A DNA stretch of 33,327 nt from an uncultured Verrucomicrobiales bacterium (GCA_938091905.1 CALKOM010000076.1:1-33327); one strand, 5' to 3'. Counted from the stretch's first letter, positions 17,232-29,183 are shown. Program-made: numbers and translations. The notes: generated by a model from the letters alone, not told the origin.

Positions 17232-18473
17232 ATGGATAACGAGACTAGTCAAACCACATTTGACGAACTCGGATTGTCGGAGCCCGTCATGAAGGCGGTT
17301 CGAGATCTCGGATTCGAGAAACCCACCCCCATCCAGGCCCAGGCGATTCCCCTGGTACTTGAAGGGCGTGACATTATCGGCGCTTCACAGACCGGAACCG
17401 GTAAGACCGCAGCCTTCGGTCTTCCCGCCTTCTCGAAGATGGCGAAACACGGCAAGTGCCGTTGTCTCGTCCTTGAGCCCACACGCGAGCTCGCGGCCCA
17501 GGTGCTCGAGCAGTTTGAGATCTACGGGAAACACATGGACCTCTCCATGGTTCTCCTGCACGGCGGGGTCGGTTACCAGCCGCAGCTTGATAAGCTGAAC
17601 GCCGGGGTCGATGTGATCATCGCCACGCCAGGCCGATTGTTAGACCACTTTACGCGCAAGTCCCTCCATTTCCGCGACATCGATTTCCTCATCCTCGATG
17701 AAGTGGATCGGATGCTCGACATGGGTTTCTTGCCAGACGTTCGTCGTATTGTCACCGCGTGTAAGAAGCAAAGGCAGACCCTCTTCTTCTCCGCAACCAT
17801 GCCCCCGGCGATTGAGACCTTCGCCAAGTGGGCGCTCAAAGATCCGGCCGAGATCTCAATCGGAAGACGCACCGGCGTTGCCGAGACGATCACGCATGGG
17901 TTCTACCCCGTCGCCTATGAACAACGGGATGAACTCTTGTTAGCTTTGCTCCGCAGCACAGATTATGAAAGCGTCATGATCTTCACAAGGACCAAAGCAG
18001 AAGCCGATAAGATCACCGCTCTTCTCAAAAAACAGAAGGACGGGTTCAAGGCTACGCCCATGCACTCGGACATTGCTCAGAAAGATCGTACCAAAGCACT
18101 CAAGGGATTCCGCGATGGAACCTTCAACGTTATTGTCGCCACCGATGTGGCTGCGCGTGGACTGGACATTTCTAACGTGACCCACGTGATCAATTATCGT
18201 GTCCCCGAGAATCCCGAAGACTACGTTCATCGTATCGGACGAACTGGCCGTGCCGAGCAAGAAGGTGATGCGTTCACCTTGCTCGCAGGTGACGAAGTAG
18301 AGTTTGCCAAGGCGGTCGAAGGCTACGTCGGCCAGAAGATCGATCGTAAGAAGCTCGAAGGCTTCAACTATATCTATACTGCAATGCTAGATGACGAAGC
18401 CCCCACGGGCGACGCCCTCCGCCAGCGTCTCGGCATGCGCCGGAAACGTACGGGCGGACGTCGACGCCGTTAG
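17232..18473 (+). CDS. DEAD-box RNA helicase (RhlE-like)
   Basis: Q motif PTPIQ, SQTGTGKT, PTRELA, TPGRL, DEVD, SAT, ARGLD, HRIGRTGR; Arg-rich tail. Confidence 0.95.
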   Translation: MDNETSQTTFDELGLSEPVMKAVRDLGFEKPTPIQAQAIPLVLEGRDIIGASQTGTGKTAAFGLPAFSKMAKHGKCRCLVLEPTRELAAQVLEQFEIYGKHMDLSMVLLHGGVGYQPQLDKLNAGVDVIIATPGRLLDHFTRKSLHFRDIDFLILDEVDRMLDMGFLPDVRRIVTACKKQRQTLFFSATMPPAIETFAKWALKDPAEISIGRRTGVAETITHGFYPVAYEQRDELLLALLRSTDYESVMIFTRTKAEADKITALLKKQKDGFKATPMHSDIAQKDRTKALKGFRDGTFNVIVATDVAARGLDISNVTHVINYRVPENPEDYVHRIGRTGRAEQEGDAFTLLAGDEVEFAKAVEGYVGQKIDRKKLEGFNYIYTAMLDDEAPTGDALRQRLGMRRKRTGGRRRR

Positions 18474-18518
18474 GCTGCGTTCTCCCATTCACTGGCTAAA
18501 CGCCTTCCCGTTAGAAAC

Positions 18519-19025
18519 ATGCGTGTCTTGTCCATCGACCCGGCGCTACGCAAGACTGGTTATGCAATCCTCGAGGAGACCGCGCCCAAGACTTATCGGT
18601 CAATTTGCTATGGAGTGATTCAAAACAAGCCGAAGGTGCGGCACTCTATGTGCCTCGTCGCAATACGTGAAGAGTTAGCCAAAGTAATCGAGAAATTTCA
18701 GCCGGACACCTGCGCGATCGAGGCGATCATTTATGTCCAAAGTCACGCCACCGCCATTATCATGGGTGCAGCACGCGGTGCTGCGTTGTTAGCAGCTGGC
18801 GAGGCTGGGCTGTCAATTACTGAATACGCACCGCGCCGCGTCAAGCAAGCCGTCGTCGGTCGAGGAGGTGCCGACAAATCACAAGTGGCCTACATGATGC
18901 GGGCGTTGTTAGGACTTACAGAAACACCTCCACCCGATGCCGCCGATGCCCTCGCCATCGGACTAGCTCATCTTTACGCCAGCGATCCCACCCGAGCGAT
19001 CAAACCTGCCTCCAACGATCTCTAA
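18519..19025 (+). CDS. ruvC: Crossover junction endodeoxyribonuclease RuvC
   Basis: VLSIDPA, AIEA, EYAPRRVKQAVVGRGGADKSQV, DAADALAI. Confidence 0.95.
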   Translation: MRVLSIDPALRKTGYAILEETAPKTYRSICYGVIQNKPKVRHSMCLVAIREELAKVIEKFQPDTCAIEAIIYVQSHATAIIMGAARGAALLAAGEAGLSITEYAPRRVKQAVVGRGGADKSQVAYMMRALLGLTETPPPDAADALAIGLAHLYASDPTRAIKPASNDL

Positions 19026-19672
19026 TGGACACACAATGGTTAGGCCGGGTGGGGTATGAGGATGCCCTCGCCACCCAAGAAACTTATTTGGAAAAACGTC
19101 TCAACGGCGAGATCTCGGACACACTCCTTCTCCTCGAGCATGATCCCGTTTACACCATTGGTCGAAGTTCTGATCGCTCAAGCCTGGATACAGGACAGGC
19201 ACTTCCCCACCCAGTAGTGGAAATCAGTCGCGGAGGCAAAGCGACTTACCATGGCCCTGGGCAGCTCGTAGGCTATGCGATTCTCGACCTTCATAATTAC
19301 GGCAAAGACCTCCACGCCTATCTTAGGGCTCTGGAAGACAGTCTCATTCATCTCTGTTCCGACCTTGGGCTTAACGCCACTCGGCGAGACGGCTTAACCG
19401 GCGTTTGGGTGGAGAATCGCAAACTCGCCTCCATAGGTGTGGGGGTTCGCCGCTGGATTACCATGCATGGCTTTGCTCTCAACGTTTGCGGTAATCTAGA
19501 CGGATTCGATCCCATCATTCCATGCGGTATCGAAGACGTGACCATGACGTCCCTCCAGTGTGAGGTACAAAATCCGAGCTGGAGCGTGAAAGTCGTCGCC
19601 GGGCATTACCCTCCCTTTCTGGAGGCCGAGCTTAGTATACTTCAGCATCGAACGAGAGATTCGAACACCTAA
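19025..19672 (+). CDS. lipB: Lipoyl(octanoyl) transferase
   Basis: LEHDPVYTIG, RGGKATYHGPGQ, KLASIG, HGFALN, IIPCG; TAATG coupling with ruvC. Confidence 0.95.
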   Translation: MDTQWLGRVGYEDALATQETYLEKRLNGEISDTLLLLEHDPVYTIGRSSDRSSLDTGQALPHPVVEISRGGKATYHGPGQLVGYAILDLHNYGKDLHAYLRALEDSLIHLCSDLGLNATRRDGLTGVWVENRKLASIGVGVRRWITMHGFALNVCGNLDGFDPIIPCGIEDVTMTSLQCEVQNPSWSVKVVAGHYPPFLEAELSILQHRTRDSNT

Positions 19673-19695
19673 AACCGTTTTAAAAGCAGAACCTC

Positions 19696-20010
19696 ATGCC
19701 ACTGGAACTTCCAGAATTGAAAGAGGACACCTCCACGTCAGCCAACAGATTGTGGCAAATCGTCCTACTTGATGACGATACCCACACTTACGACTACGTG
19801 ATTGAGATGCTCGTGGAGATCTTCCATCACCCCATCGACCTCGCTTACCGAATAGCCTGCGAAGTGGACAACGCCAAACGTGTCATTGTTGATGTCGATA
19901 CGAAGGAGACAGCAACGTCAAAGTGCCGAAAGATCCAAGAGTTCGGCCCAGACCGGAGAATAAAAAGAAGTAGGGGAAGCATGCGAGCCGTCATTGAACC
20001 CGTGGAGTAG
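19696..20010 (+). CDS. clpS: ATP-dependent Clp protease adaptor ClpS
   Basis: WQIVLLDDDTHTYDYVIEML and C-terminal MRAVIEP; 104 aa. Confidence 0.85.
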   Translation: MPLELPELKEDTSTSANRLWQIVLLDDDTHTYDYVIEMLVEIFHHPIDLAYRIACEVDNAKRVIVDVDTKETATSKCRKIQEFGPDRRIKRSRGSMRAVIEPVE

Positions 20011-20030
20011 TTCTGCCACGGTGTCGCCGT

Positions 20031-21317
20031 ATGGATGACGATTCAGAACAAGGGCTGTTGAACATGACGGTCCCCTCCGTGTGGAAGACAAAGCGAGGTA
20101 AACCCAAGACTCTCGCCGATGAACTCGGGGCATTCGAAGAATTCGGGAAAGAGACAATCGTGTTATACAATCAGATCGCTGGCCTCTCTGTCCCCGTCTT
20201 TATCAATGAATTCTGGACCTCGGGCCAACGCCAAGCCAACAAGCTTCACGAGATTTCTTACCGCGCTTGCTTTAAACCGCAGCTCCCCAAATTCTTCATC
20301 GACCGCCTAACAGAAGCTGGCGATGTCGTCTATGATCCGTTTATGGGAAGAGGCACCACCCTAATCGAGGCTGCTTTGTTAGGACGTGTCCCAATGGGCT
20401 GCGACATCAACCCTCTCAGCAGCCTTCTCACTGCACCCCGACTTCGCATTCCAAACATCGAGGACATTGAGGCACGCCTTCGTTCGCTCGAACTCGATGA
20501 ACCCATCGAAACCCGAGAGGATCTCCTCGCCTTCTACCATCCCAACGTCCTCACCAAGGTGTGCAACCTCCGGCAATACTTCATCGATCGCCGGGCAGCC
20601 CAAGCCAACGACTCCATTGATGACTGGATTCAAATGGTAGCAACTAATCGACTCACCGGTCATTCACCCGGCTTCTTCTCGGTCTACACCATGCCACCTA
20701 ACCAGGCCGTTTCCGTAGACTCGCAGATGAAGATCAATGAGAAGCGCAAGCAGACACCTCCCGAGCGCGATATCATCGCGATCATACTGAAGAAATCGCG
20801 CGCGCTCATGAAGGAGATCGATCCAGACCAACAAGGATTGCTCAGCAATTCCGCCTCACGGAGCCTTCTCCTCGCCCGCTCTTGTGATGACACCCCCGAG
20901 ATCGCTCATGATTCCGTCAGTCTCGTCGTCACCTCACCGCCATTTTTAAAAATCGTCGCCTACGAATTGGACAACTGGCTGCGCTGCTGGTTCAACGGCA
21001 TCAATCCCGGCGACGTCCACCTCTGGCAAATCCAGGACCCCGCAGCCTGGCAGGCCAAGATGACTGATGTGTTTCGCGAACTCAGACGTGTCCTCAAACC
21101 AGGGGGGCACATCGCCTTCGAAGTCGGCGAGATCAGTCACGGCAAGATCAAACTCGAAGACCTCGTCATCCCCGCTGGCCACGATGCCGGCCTCGAAGTC
21201 CGTCTCGTCGTCATCAACGACCAAGACTTCACCAAAACCTCCAATTGCTGGGGCGTTTCCAATCAAACCAAAGGAACAAACACCAACCGCATTGTTCTTC
21301 TGAGGAAAGCGTCCTAA
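20031..21317 (+). CDS. Orphan DNA amino-methyltransferase (N4-C/N6-A family, motif I before motif IV)
   Basis: SAM-binding YDPFMGRGTT, CDINP; catalytic VVTSPPF; RRVLKPGG; about 190 aa between motifs I and IV. Confidence 0.85.
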   Translation: MDDDSEQGLLNMTVPSVWKTKRGKPKTLADELGAFEEFGKETIVLYNQIAGLSVPVFINEFWTSGQRQANKLHEISYRACFKPQLPKFFIDRLTEAGDVVYDPFMGRGTTLIEAALLGRVPMGCDINPLSSLLTAPRLRIPNIEDIEARLRSLELDEPIETREDLLAFYHPNVLTKVCNLRQYFIDRRAAQANDSIDDWIQMVATNRLTGHSPGFFSVYTMPPNQAVSVDSQMKINEKRKQTPPERDIIAIILKKSRALMKEIDPDQQGLLSNSASRSLLLARSCDDTPEIAHDSVSLVVTSPPFLKIVAYELDNWLRCWFNGINPGDVHLWQIQDPAAWQAKMTDVFRELRRVLKPGGHIAFEVGEISHGKIKLEDLVIPAGHDAGLEVRLVVINDQDFTKTSNCWGVSNQTKGTNTNRIVLLRKAS

Positions 21318-21358
21318 CGCTCACGAAGTAACTATTTCCAAAAACCCCTATCATAGAG

Positions 21359-21847
21359 TTAGTTCTCTGCGTTCTCTTCAATCCAATAGAGTTCATCAAA
21401 CTCAACCTCGGTTCGAAACGCACAACTCCCCAGGATAAGGTCCTTAAATTTCTGGTGTCCCACCTCATCATCACGCCATGCTCCTGCGCTCCCAGACGGA
21501 AAGCTATGAACGCTCTCAGGATTCAACAACTCCTCAACGGCCTCCGCCCCATAGTCACAAAGCTTGTTTAAGAGCGGTAGCATGTCAGCCCCCTCCTCGG
21601 AAATTAGAATGTCAGGCTCGCCATCCTTCGGCTCGGCTTTTGAAAAGCGATAGTTTGTAAAGAGTTCCGGCGTTCGATCGAAGGTTTTCAAGAATGAAGC
21701 GTTCCCAGAAAAGCGAAGCCCTCCGTCCGCGCTCAAGGCCGCATCCTCCAGCCTCGCCAGCACACTCACTTCTAGAGGCACTCCCACGAGTTCAGCCCGA
21801 CGCATAATATCCACGACAAAGACGCCACCAGACAATTTCCGCTCCAC
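21359..21847 (-). CDS. Hypothetical acidic protein; true start uncertain
   Basis: 162-aa ORF from GTG fills the gap; the frame stays open 44 more codons upstream without ATG/GTG/TTG. Confidence 0.5.
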   Translation of the reverse strand: MERKLSGGVFVVDIMRRAELVGVPLEVSVLARLEDAALSADGGLRFSGNASFLKTFDRTPELFTNYRFSKAEPKDGEPDILISEEGADMLPLLNKLCDYGAEAVEELLNPESVHSFPSGSAGAWRDDEVGHQKFKDLILGSCAFRTEVEFDELYWIEENAEN

Positions 21848-22000
21848 GTCTCCGCGAGCCCTGGGATCAAAGAAAAGCTCGATCTCACCCGTCAGTTCGT
21901 CAGCACCAAAATCCTCAACTATCGTAGCCTCGCCGGAACGAAAGCACTTGCTCAGACACGGGCAAACCCGTCTTGAAGCTCACTTTGAATGGTAGCATCC

Positions 22001-22031
22001 CTAGGTGTTCTATTCCATATAGAACACCTAG
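22001..22031. repeat. Perfect 13-bp inverted repeat
   Basis: CTAGGTGTTCTAT-tccat-ATAGAACACCTAG between divergent genes. Confidence 0.9.
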
Positions 22032-22068
22032 AACAGTGACGCAGTGAATTTCCAACCCCTCCCAGAGA

Positions 22069-22097
22069 TTGACGCCATTCTACTCACATTCTAGCTT
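22069..22097 (+). promoter_or_regulatory. Putative promoter for the TMEM220-like/M81 pair
   Basis: TTGACG-N17-TAGCTT, 10 nt before ATG 22108. Confidence 0.5.
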
Positions 22098-22107
22098 CCG
22101 TGAATTC

Positions 22108-22542
22108 ATGAAACGACTCGCTCGCCCTTGGCTCATTGGCATCACCTCGTTCCTGGCGGTGCTCCTCGCTGTCTTTGCTGGCTTCCAGCTCAATGACACG
22201 AATCCTGAAATCTATCATCGTCCCTCAGTAATCGATGCCTGGTCCTGGGTCGTCTTCTACGGATTCATCTCCGCCCTCAGTGTCGTTTCCATCTTTCGCC
22301 CTATTCCACTGGCACTGTTAGGACTCGCCGCACTCTTCTGCATCTATGAAATGGCCACGACTGCACCTGGGCTCTATCGCAATCTCTTTCAGGCGGATTC
22401 TTTCACCATGACAGGAGCGTCCATGGCGCCCTCTCGATCTGAAGTGGAGCTGAGCCGCGAATTCTTCGGAGCACTCATCGGCTTGATTGGTATCACGTTT
22501 CTTTGTTGGCAGACGAAGAAAGCAACGAGACTAGTCGCATGA
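22108..22542 (+). CDS. Transmembrane-220 (TMEM220)-like protein (start likely ATG 22108)
   Basis: QLND...DAWSWVVFYG and ELSREFFGALI motifs; four hydrophobic segments. Confidence 0.7.
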   Translation: MKRLARPWLIGITSFLAVLLAVFAGFQLNDTNPEIYHRPSVIDAWSWVVFYGFISALSVVSIFRPIPLALLGLAALFCIYEMATTAPGLYRNLFQADSFTMTGASMAPSRSEVELSREFFGALIGLIGITFLCWQTKKATRLVA

Positions 22543-24014
22543 ACTCCCCTGTGTGTCCGAAGATAGCCATACTCGGCATGGCATCCGAGAACTGCACCTT
22601 CTCGAAAGCGCGCACGAAGCTAGAAGATTTTGAGATTCTACTAGGCCTGCGTCTAGCGCAGACGCGCTACCCGTTCTTAAAGAAGGCGCTCTTTGCCAGG
22701 GCAACGATGTTACCACTTATGCATGCCCGTGCGTTGCCCGGCGGGATGATCACAGTAGAGACCTACATCAAGCTCAAAAGTGATCTCCTCGAGCAGCTAG
22801 AATCGGCACTTCCTGTAGACGCGGTCTATCTCGACCTGCACGGAGCCATGAACGTCGAGGGCACGGACGATGCAGAGGCTGAATTGGTTGACGCCATCCG
22901 CGCCTTGGCTGGACCAGACTGCCTTCTTGGTGCCAGCATGGATCTTCACGGCAACGTCTCGAAAGCACTTGTCAACCAGGTCGATCTCTTCAGCGCCTAC
23001 CGAACAGCACCTCACACAGACACACTAGAAACCCGCGAGAAGGCATGTCGGCTCCTGTTAGAAACGATCGAGAATGGCTGGAAACTTGAGTGCGCTTGGG
23101 TGCCAATTCCCCTCCTCTTACCTGGCGAGATGACAAGCACGCTAGACGAACCAGGGCGCTCTTTATACGCTGGACTAGAAGACTTCGACAATCTCCCAGG
23201 CATTCTCGATGTCTCTCTGTGGGTTGGCTACGTCTGGGCAGATGAACCGCGCGCCCACGCATGTGCAGTAGTCACTGGAGTTCAGGGGTCAGAAGACCTT
23301 CCAAAGGTCGCCAAAATAGTCGCTGCTCGTTACTGGGCGGCTCGTGACGACTTTCGTTTCAATGTCCCATCAGGCAGCCTAGCGGAGTGCTTGAGCCAAG
23401 CCATTGCCGACACGGTGAAGCCTGTGGTAATTAGCGACTCGGGAGACAATCCCACGGCAGGCGGTGCCGGTGATCTTCCCAGCGCACTTGCCGGGGTGAC
23501 CAAGCGTGACGTCTATTTCAGTGGCCTTAAGACAGCGATCGTCGTTGGCATCTGGGACCCAACAGCGATCGAGAAATGTACGGCTGCCGGACTCGATGCA
23601 GAGATTGACCTGACCATCGGCTCACTCGCGGACAACCAACACGCCGCGGCGCTGCACATTCAAGGAACGGTAGAGCACTTCTTTGATCATGACCCCGTCG
23701 CGGGGCGCCAAGTGATCTTTCGCATCGGTCAAGGCATCCAGGCCGTCCTCACCGAGCGACGAAAGCCTTTCCACTACTTTTCTGATTTCCATCAACTCGG
23801 GCTCAAACCAGAAGAAGCAGATCTAGTGGTCGTCAAGATTGGCTACCTCGTAACCGACCTCCAGAAGCTGGCATCCAAAGCGTATCTAGCACTCACGCCA
23901 GGAGCAGTTGACCAGCACGTCACGCGCGTAGACTACACGCGCCTTGAGAGGCCTATGTTTCCTTTCGATACCGATTTCCGATGGGACCCAGAGGTGCGCC
24001 TCAGTTCCCGATAA
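22539..24014 (+). CDS. M81-family metallopeptidase (MlrC-like; start ATG 22539)
   Basis: SENCTFS, LDLHGAM, MDLHGN, YRTAPHTD, SDSGDNPTAGGAGD, VVKIGYL, TPG, RPMFPFD; ATGA coupling to the upstream gene. Confidence 0.92.
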   Translation: MNSPVCPKIAILGMASENCTFSKARTKLEDFEILLGLRLAQTRYPFLKKALFARATMLPLMHARALPGGMITVETYIKLKSDLLEQLESALPVDAVYLDLHGAMNVEGTDDAEAELVDAIRALAGPDCLLGASMDLHGNVSKALVNQVDLFSAYRTAPHTDTLETREKACRLLLETIENGWKLECAWVPIPLLLPGEMTSTLDEPGRSLYAGLEDFDNLPGILDVSLWVGYVWADEPRAHACAVVTGVQGSEDLPKVAKIVAARYWAARDDFRFNVPSGSLAECLSQAIADTVKPVVISDSGDNPTAGGAGDLPSALAGVTKRDVYFSGLKTAIVVGIWDPTAIEKCTAAGLDAEIDLTIGSLADNQHAAALHIQGTVEHFFDHDPVAGRQVIFRIGQGIQAVLTERRKPFHYFSDFHQLGLKPEEADLVVVKIGYLVTDLQKLASKAYLALTPGAVDQHVTRVDYTRLERPMFPFDTDFRWDPEVRLSSR

Positions 24015-24717
24015 TCCAAGTCTGCTGGCCGCTCGCCGGAGCAATGTGCGCCGCTGGAAAGTGGTTGCCGTCACCGGCAAAGATCGCCTCGTAGATGGGT
24101 CGCTTTGCCTCACCATTCACAAGGAAACACACGCGTCGCGCCGCGTTGATCAACGGATACGTGAACGTAATCCGGTGTTCATCAAACTTGGGCACATAGT
24201 TTCCAGTGACCCAACGCTCGGTCTCGGAGAGTGCCGGAGTCTCAGGAAAGAGCGATGCTGTATGACCATCGTCTCCCATACCTAACAGGACGAGATCATG
24301 GGCAAAGATGGCCTCGCCTGACTCTTCAGCTCGAGAACGTAGATCCACTTCGCACGCCTGCGCAGCACGTTCAGCGCCGAGTTCTCCTTGCATTCTAACG
24401 ATCTGGTCGTCGGGAAGCGCGACTTCATCGAGGAAAGCTTCTTTCGCCATCCGATAGTTGCTTCGTTCGTGATCAGGAGGATAACAACGTTCGTCCCCAA
24501 ACGTAACCACTGTCTTATCCCAGGGAAAGTCCGCCACTTTGGCAAGGCCACGGTAAACGCCTGCAGGAGTACCTCCTCCACAAAGCGATAGTCGAAATGC
24601 CGCGCGTTCTGTGACAGCGGCCTTGGCCTCACTGCAAATAAAGTCGACAGCCCTGGCTACAAAGCGGTCTGTCCGTTCAACGGTCCGGTTCGTCCCGGAC
24701 TCTTCATGCTTGCTCAT
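24001..24717 (-). CDS. pgl: 6-phosphogluconolactonase (start ATG 24717; GTG 24747 also possible)
   Basis: LCGGGTP, FGDER, SNYRMA, LGMGDDGHTASLFP, RITFT. Confidence 0.93.
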   Translation of the reverse strand: MSKHEESGTNRTVERTDRFVARAVDFICSEAKAAVTERAAFRLSLCGGGTPAGVYRGLAKVADFPWDKTVVTFGDERCYPPDHERSNYRMAKEAFLDEVALPDDQIVRMQGELGAERAAQACEVDLRSRAEESGEAIFAHDLVLLGMGDDGHTASLFPETPALSETERWVTGNYVPKFDEHRITFTYPLINAARRVCFLVNGEAKRPIYEAIFAGDGNHFPAAHIAPASGQQTWIIGN

Positions 24718-24743
24718 AGATCTGGCAACCTGATTAGATTCGA

Positions 24744-25490
24744 TCACATTGCCATGCCACCATCGACGGCGAGGACTTGTCCCGTGATGTATCTCCCTGT
24801 GCTCCCCGCCAGAAAGATGGCAGCCTGCGCAATGTCATCTGGGACACCGAAAGTTCCGAGCGGAATAGCCGCTTTGGCGGACTCTTGGACAGACTCGCTT
24901 AGATCCTCGGTCATGTCTGTCGTCACAAAGCCAGGGGCGATGACATTCGCCGTGAGGCCGCGACTGGCAAACTCACGAGCCAACGATTTAGTAAAGCCAA
25001 TCAATCCAGCCTTACTCGCAGCGTAATTCACCTGACCTGCATTTCCCATGATTCCTACAACGGAACCGATATTGATCACCCGTGCCGCTGGTGCCTTTAA
25101 GAGCGGCCGCTGAAAGGCTTTCACGGCGTTAAAGGCCCCCTTCAAATTCGTATCAAGCACAAGATCCCAATCCGCCTCTTTCATGCGCAGGCAAAGCCCA
25201 TCCCGAGTCACGCCTGCATTGTTGACCAAGATGTCGACCTTCCCAAAGGCTGCGATGACCTCCTTGCCGATCGCTTGCATCGCCTCGAAATCAGCCACGT
25301 CCACTGCAAAGGCCTTTGCAGAATCTGGGTGGGCCTCATTGATTGCCGCAGCGGTGCGCTCTGCATTGGCAGCCGTGCGGCTGAGCACAGCCACCTTGGC
25401 TCCGCCAGCAGCAAAGGCCTGCGCAATAGCCTCGCCTATGCCTCTACCCGCACCGGTCACCACCACCACCTGATCTGAAAAATCTGCCAT
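24744..25490 (-). CDS. fabG: 3-oxoacyl-ACP reductase
   Basis: TGAGRGIG, NNAGVTRD, GNAGQVNYAASK, APGFVTTDMT, YITGQVLAVDGGM. Confidence 0.93.
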   Translation of the reverse strand: MADFSDQVVVVTGAGRGIGEAIAQAFAAGGAKVAVLSRTAANAERTAAAINEAHPDSAKAFAVDVADFEAMQAIGKEVIAAFGKVDILVNNAGVTRDGLCLRMKEADWDLVLDTNLKGAFNAVKAFQRPLLKAPAARVINIGSVVGIMGNAGQVNYAASKAGLIGFTKSLAREFASRGLTANVIAPGFVTTDMTEDLSESVQESAKAAIPLGTFGVPDDIAQAAIFLAGSTGRYITGQVLAVDGGMAM

Positions 25491-25517
25491 GCCTGGTTTC
25501 TCTCATGGCATCTGGAC

Positions 25518-28014
<2,497 letters not shown>

Positions 28015-28032
28015 CTGGATACGTCCTCCAGC

Positions 28033-28689
28033 ATGAGTAATTCCCCCGTTTTTGAGAAAGTTGCCGCCAAGCGCGTCGTTGCGGTACTGGTCATCGACGA
28101 CGAAGAGCACGCCGTTCCTCTAGCAGAAGCGCTGCTCGATGGAGGTGTCGACATCATGGAGCTGACTTTGCGGACGAACGCTGCCATGGGAGCGCTCAAG
28201 CGTATACGTACCAGCGTTCCTGAAATGATCGCTGGAATTGGTACCATCCTCACTCCAGATCAGGCCAAAGCCGTGCACGATGCCGATGCCTCTTTTGGAG
28301 TGTCTCCTGGACTAAATGAAAGGGTGTTAGAAACAGCCCGCAATCTTGGTCTCCCGTTTGCTCCTGGCATTGTCACTCCAAGTGATATCGAGCGAGCCTT
28401 GGAATACGATTTGCGAGTGCTCAAATTCTTTCCGGCCGGCCCCTCAGGAGGCCTCAGCTATCTCAATGCGATTGCAGCCCCATACCAGCACTTAGGCGTG
28501 CGCTATCTTCCTCTCGGAGGCGTGAACCAGGAAAACATGGGCGACTACCTAGCGAATCCCAACGTCGCTGCGATCGGCGGTTCATGGATCGCTACGCGAA
28601 AGACGATCGAGGCAGGAGATTGGGCGACGATCACGGCCAATGCAAAAGCGGCCACTACCTGTGCAAGTGCTCTCAGGGCGTTATCTTAG
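28033..28689 (+). CDS. eda: KDPG/KHG aldolase
   Basis: ELTLRT, GIGTIL, VSPG, PGIVTPSD, LKFFPA, PLGGV, GGSWI. Confidence 0.95.
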   Translation: MSNSPVFEKVAAKRVVAVLVIDDEEHAVPLAEALLDGGVDIMELTLRTNAAMGALKRIRTSVPEMIAGIGTILTPDQAKAVHDADASFGVSPGLNERVLETARNLGLPFAPGIVTPSDIERALEYDLRVLKFFPAGPSGGLSYLNAIAAPYQHLGVRYLPLGGVNQENMGDYLANPNVAAIGGSWIATRKTIEAGDWATITANAKAATTCASALRALS

Positions 28690-29183
28690 TGGCGCTCCCA
28701 CCGCTGAATCTCCATGGCATACGCGTTTTCGGCATCGGCAGCGTACCACTCCGTTTCGCTACAGCACCAGTTTCCCGAAGAACTGAATTCTGGGAACTGT
28801 GCTGATCCTTCCACGTCGGTATCCACCAAGGTAAGAACCAAGGAATCAGCATAATCCAAAGCGGCGGTATAGATCTGGGCACCACCGCTCACGACGAGTT
28901 CGCTCGCTCGGGAGTGCTGAGCAGCCTCGATGGCCGCCTCCACCGACGTCACCACGAGCGGAGAACCCTCCAATGTTCGCCCGGAATCACGCGTGAGCAC
29001 GATGGGCGTCTGCGTCGCGAACCAGCCGATCATCTCCTCGTACGTCCGCCGCCCAAGTAGCATGGCTTTCCCTGCCGTGTAGGTCCTAAAATGCGCTTGA
29101 TCCCTGGGCAAATGCCAGGGTATCCCCTTGCCCGTTCCGATAACCCGTTGAGCAGTCATCGCCGCTATCATAGAAATCTTCAC
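28686..29183 (-). CDS. folA: Dihydrofolate reductase (start GTG 29183, 165 aa)
   Basis: KISMIAAM, VIG..KGIPWHLPRDQAHF, LGRRTY, GGAQIY, FP. The ORF-track extension to 29363 overlaps the PBP gene and is discounted. Confidence 0.92.
   Translation of the reverse strand: MKISMIAAMTAQRVIGTGKGIPWHLPRDQAHFRTYTAGKAMLLGRRTYEEMIGWFATQTPIVLTRDSGRTLEGSPLVVTSVEAAIEAAQHSRASELVVSGGAQIYTAALDYADSLVLTLVDTDVEGSAQFPEFSSSGNWCCSETEWYAADAENAYAMEIQRWERH

Noticed and set aside
21359..21847. Possible cognate restriction endonuclease for the adjacent MTase
   Set aside because: It has a PD dipeptide but no convincing (D/E)xK, HNH or GIY-YIG motif and is strongly acidic. An HHpred search would be needed to exclude it fully.
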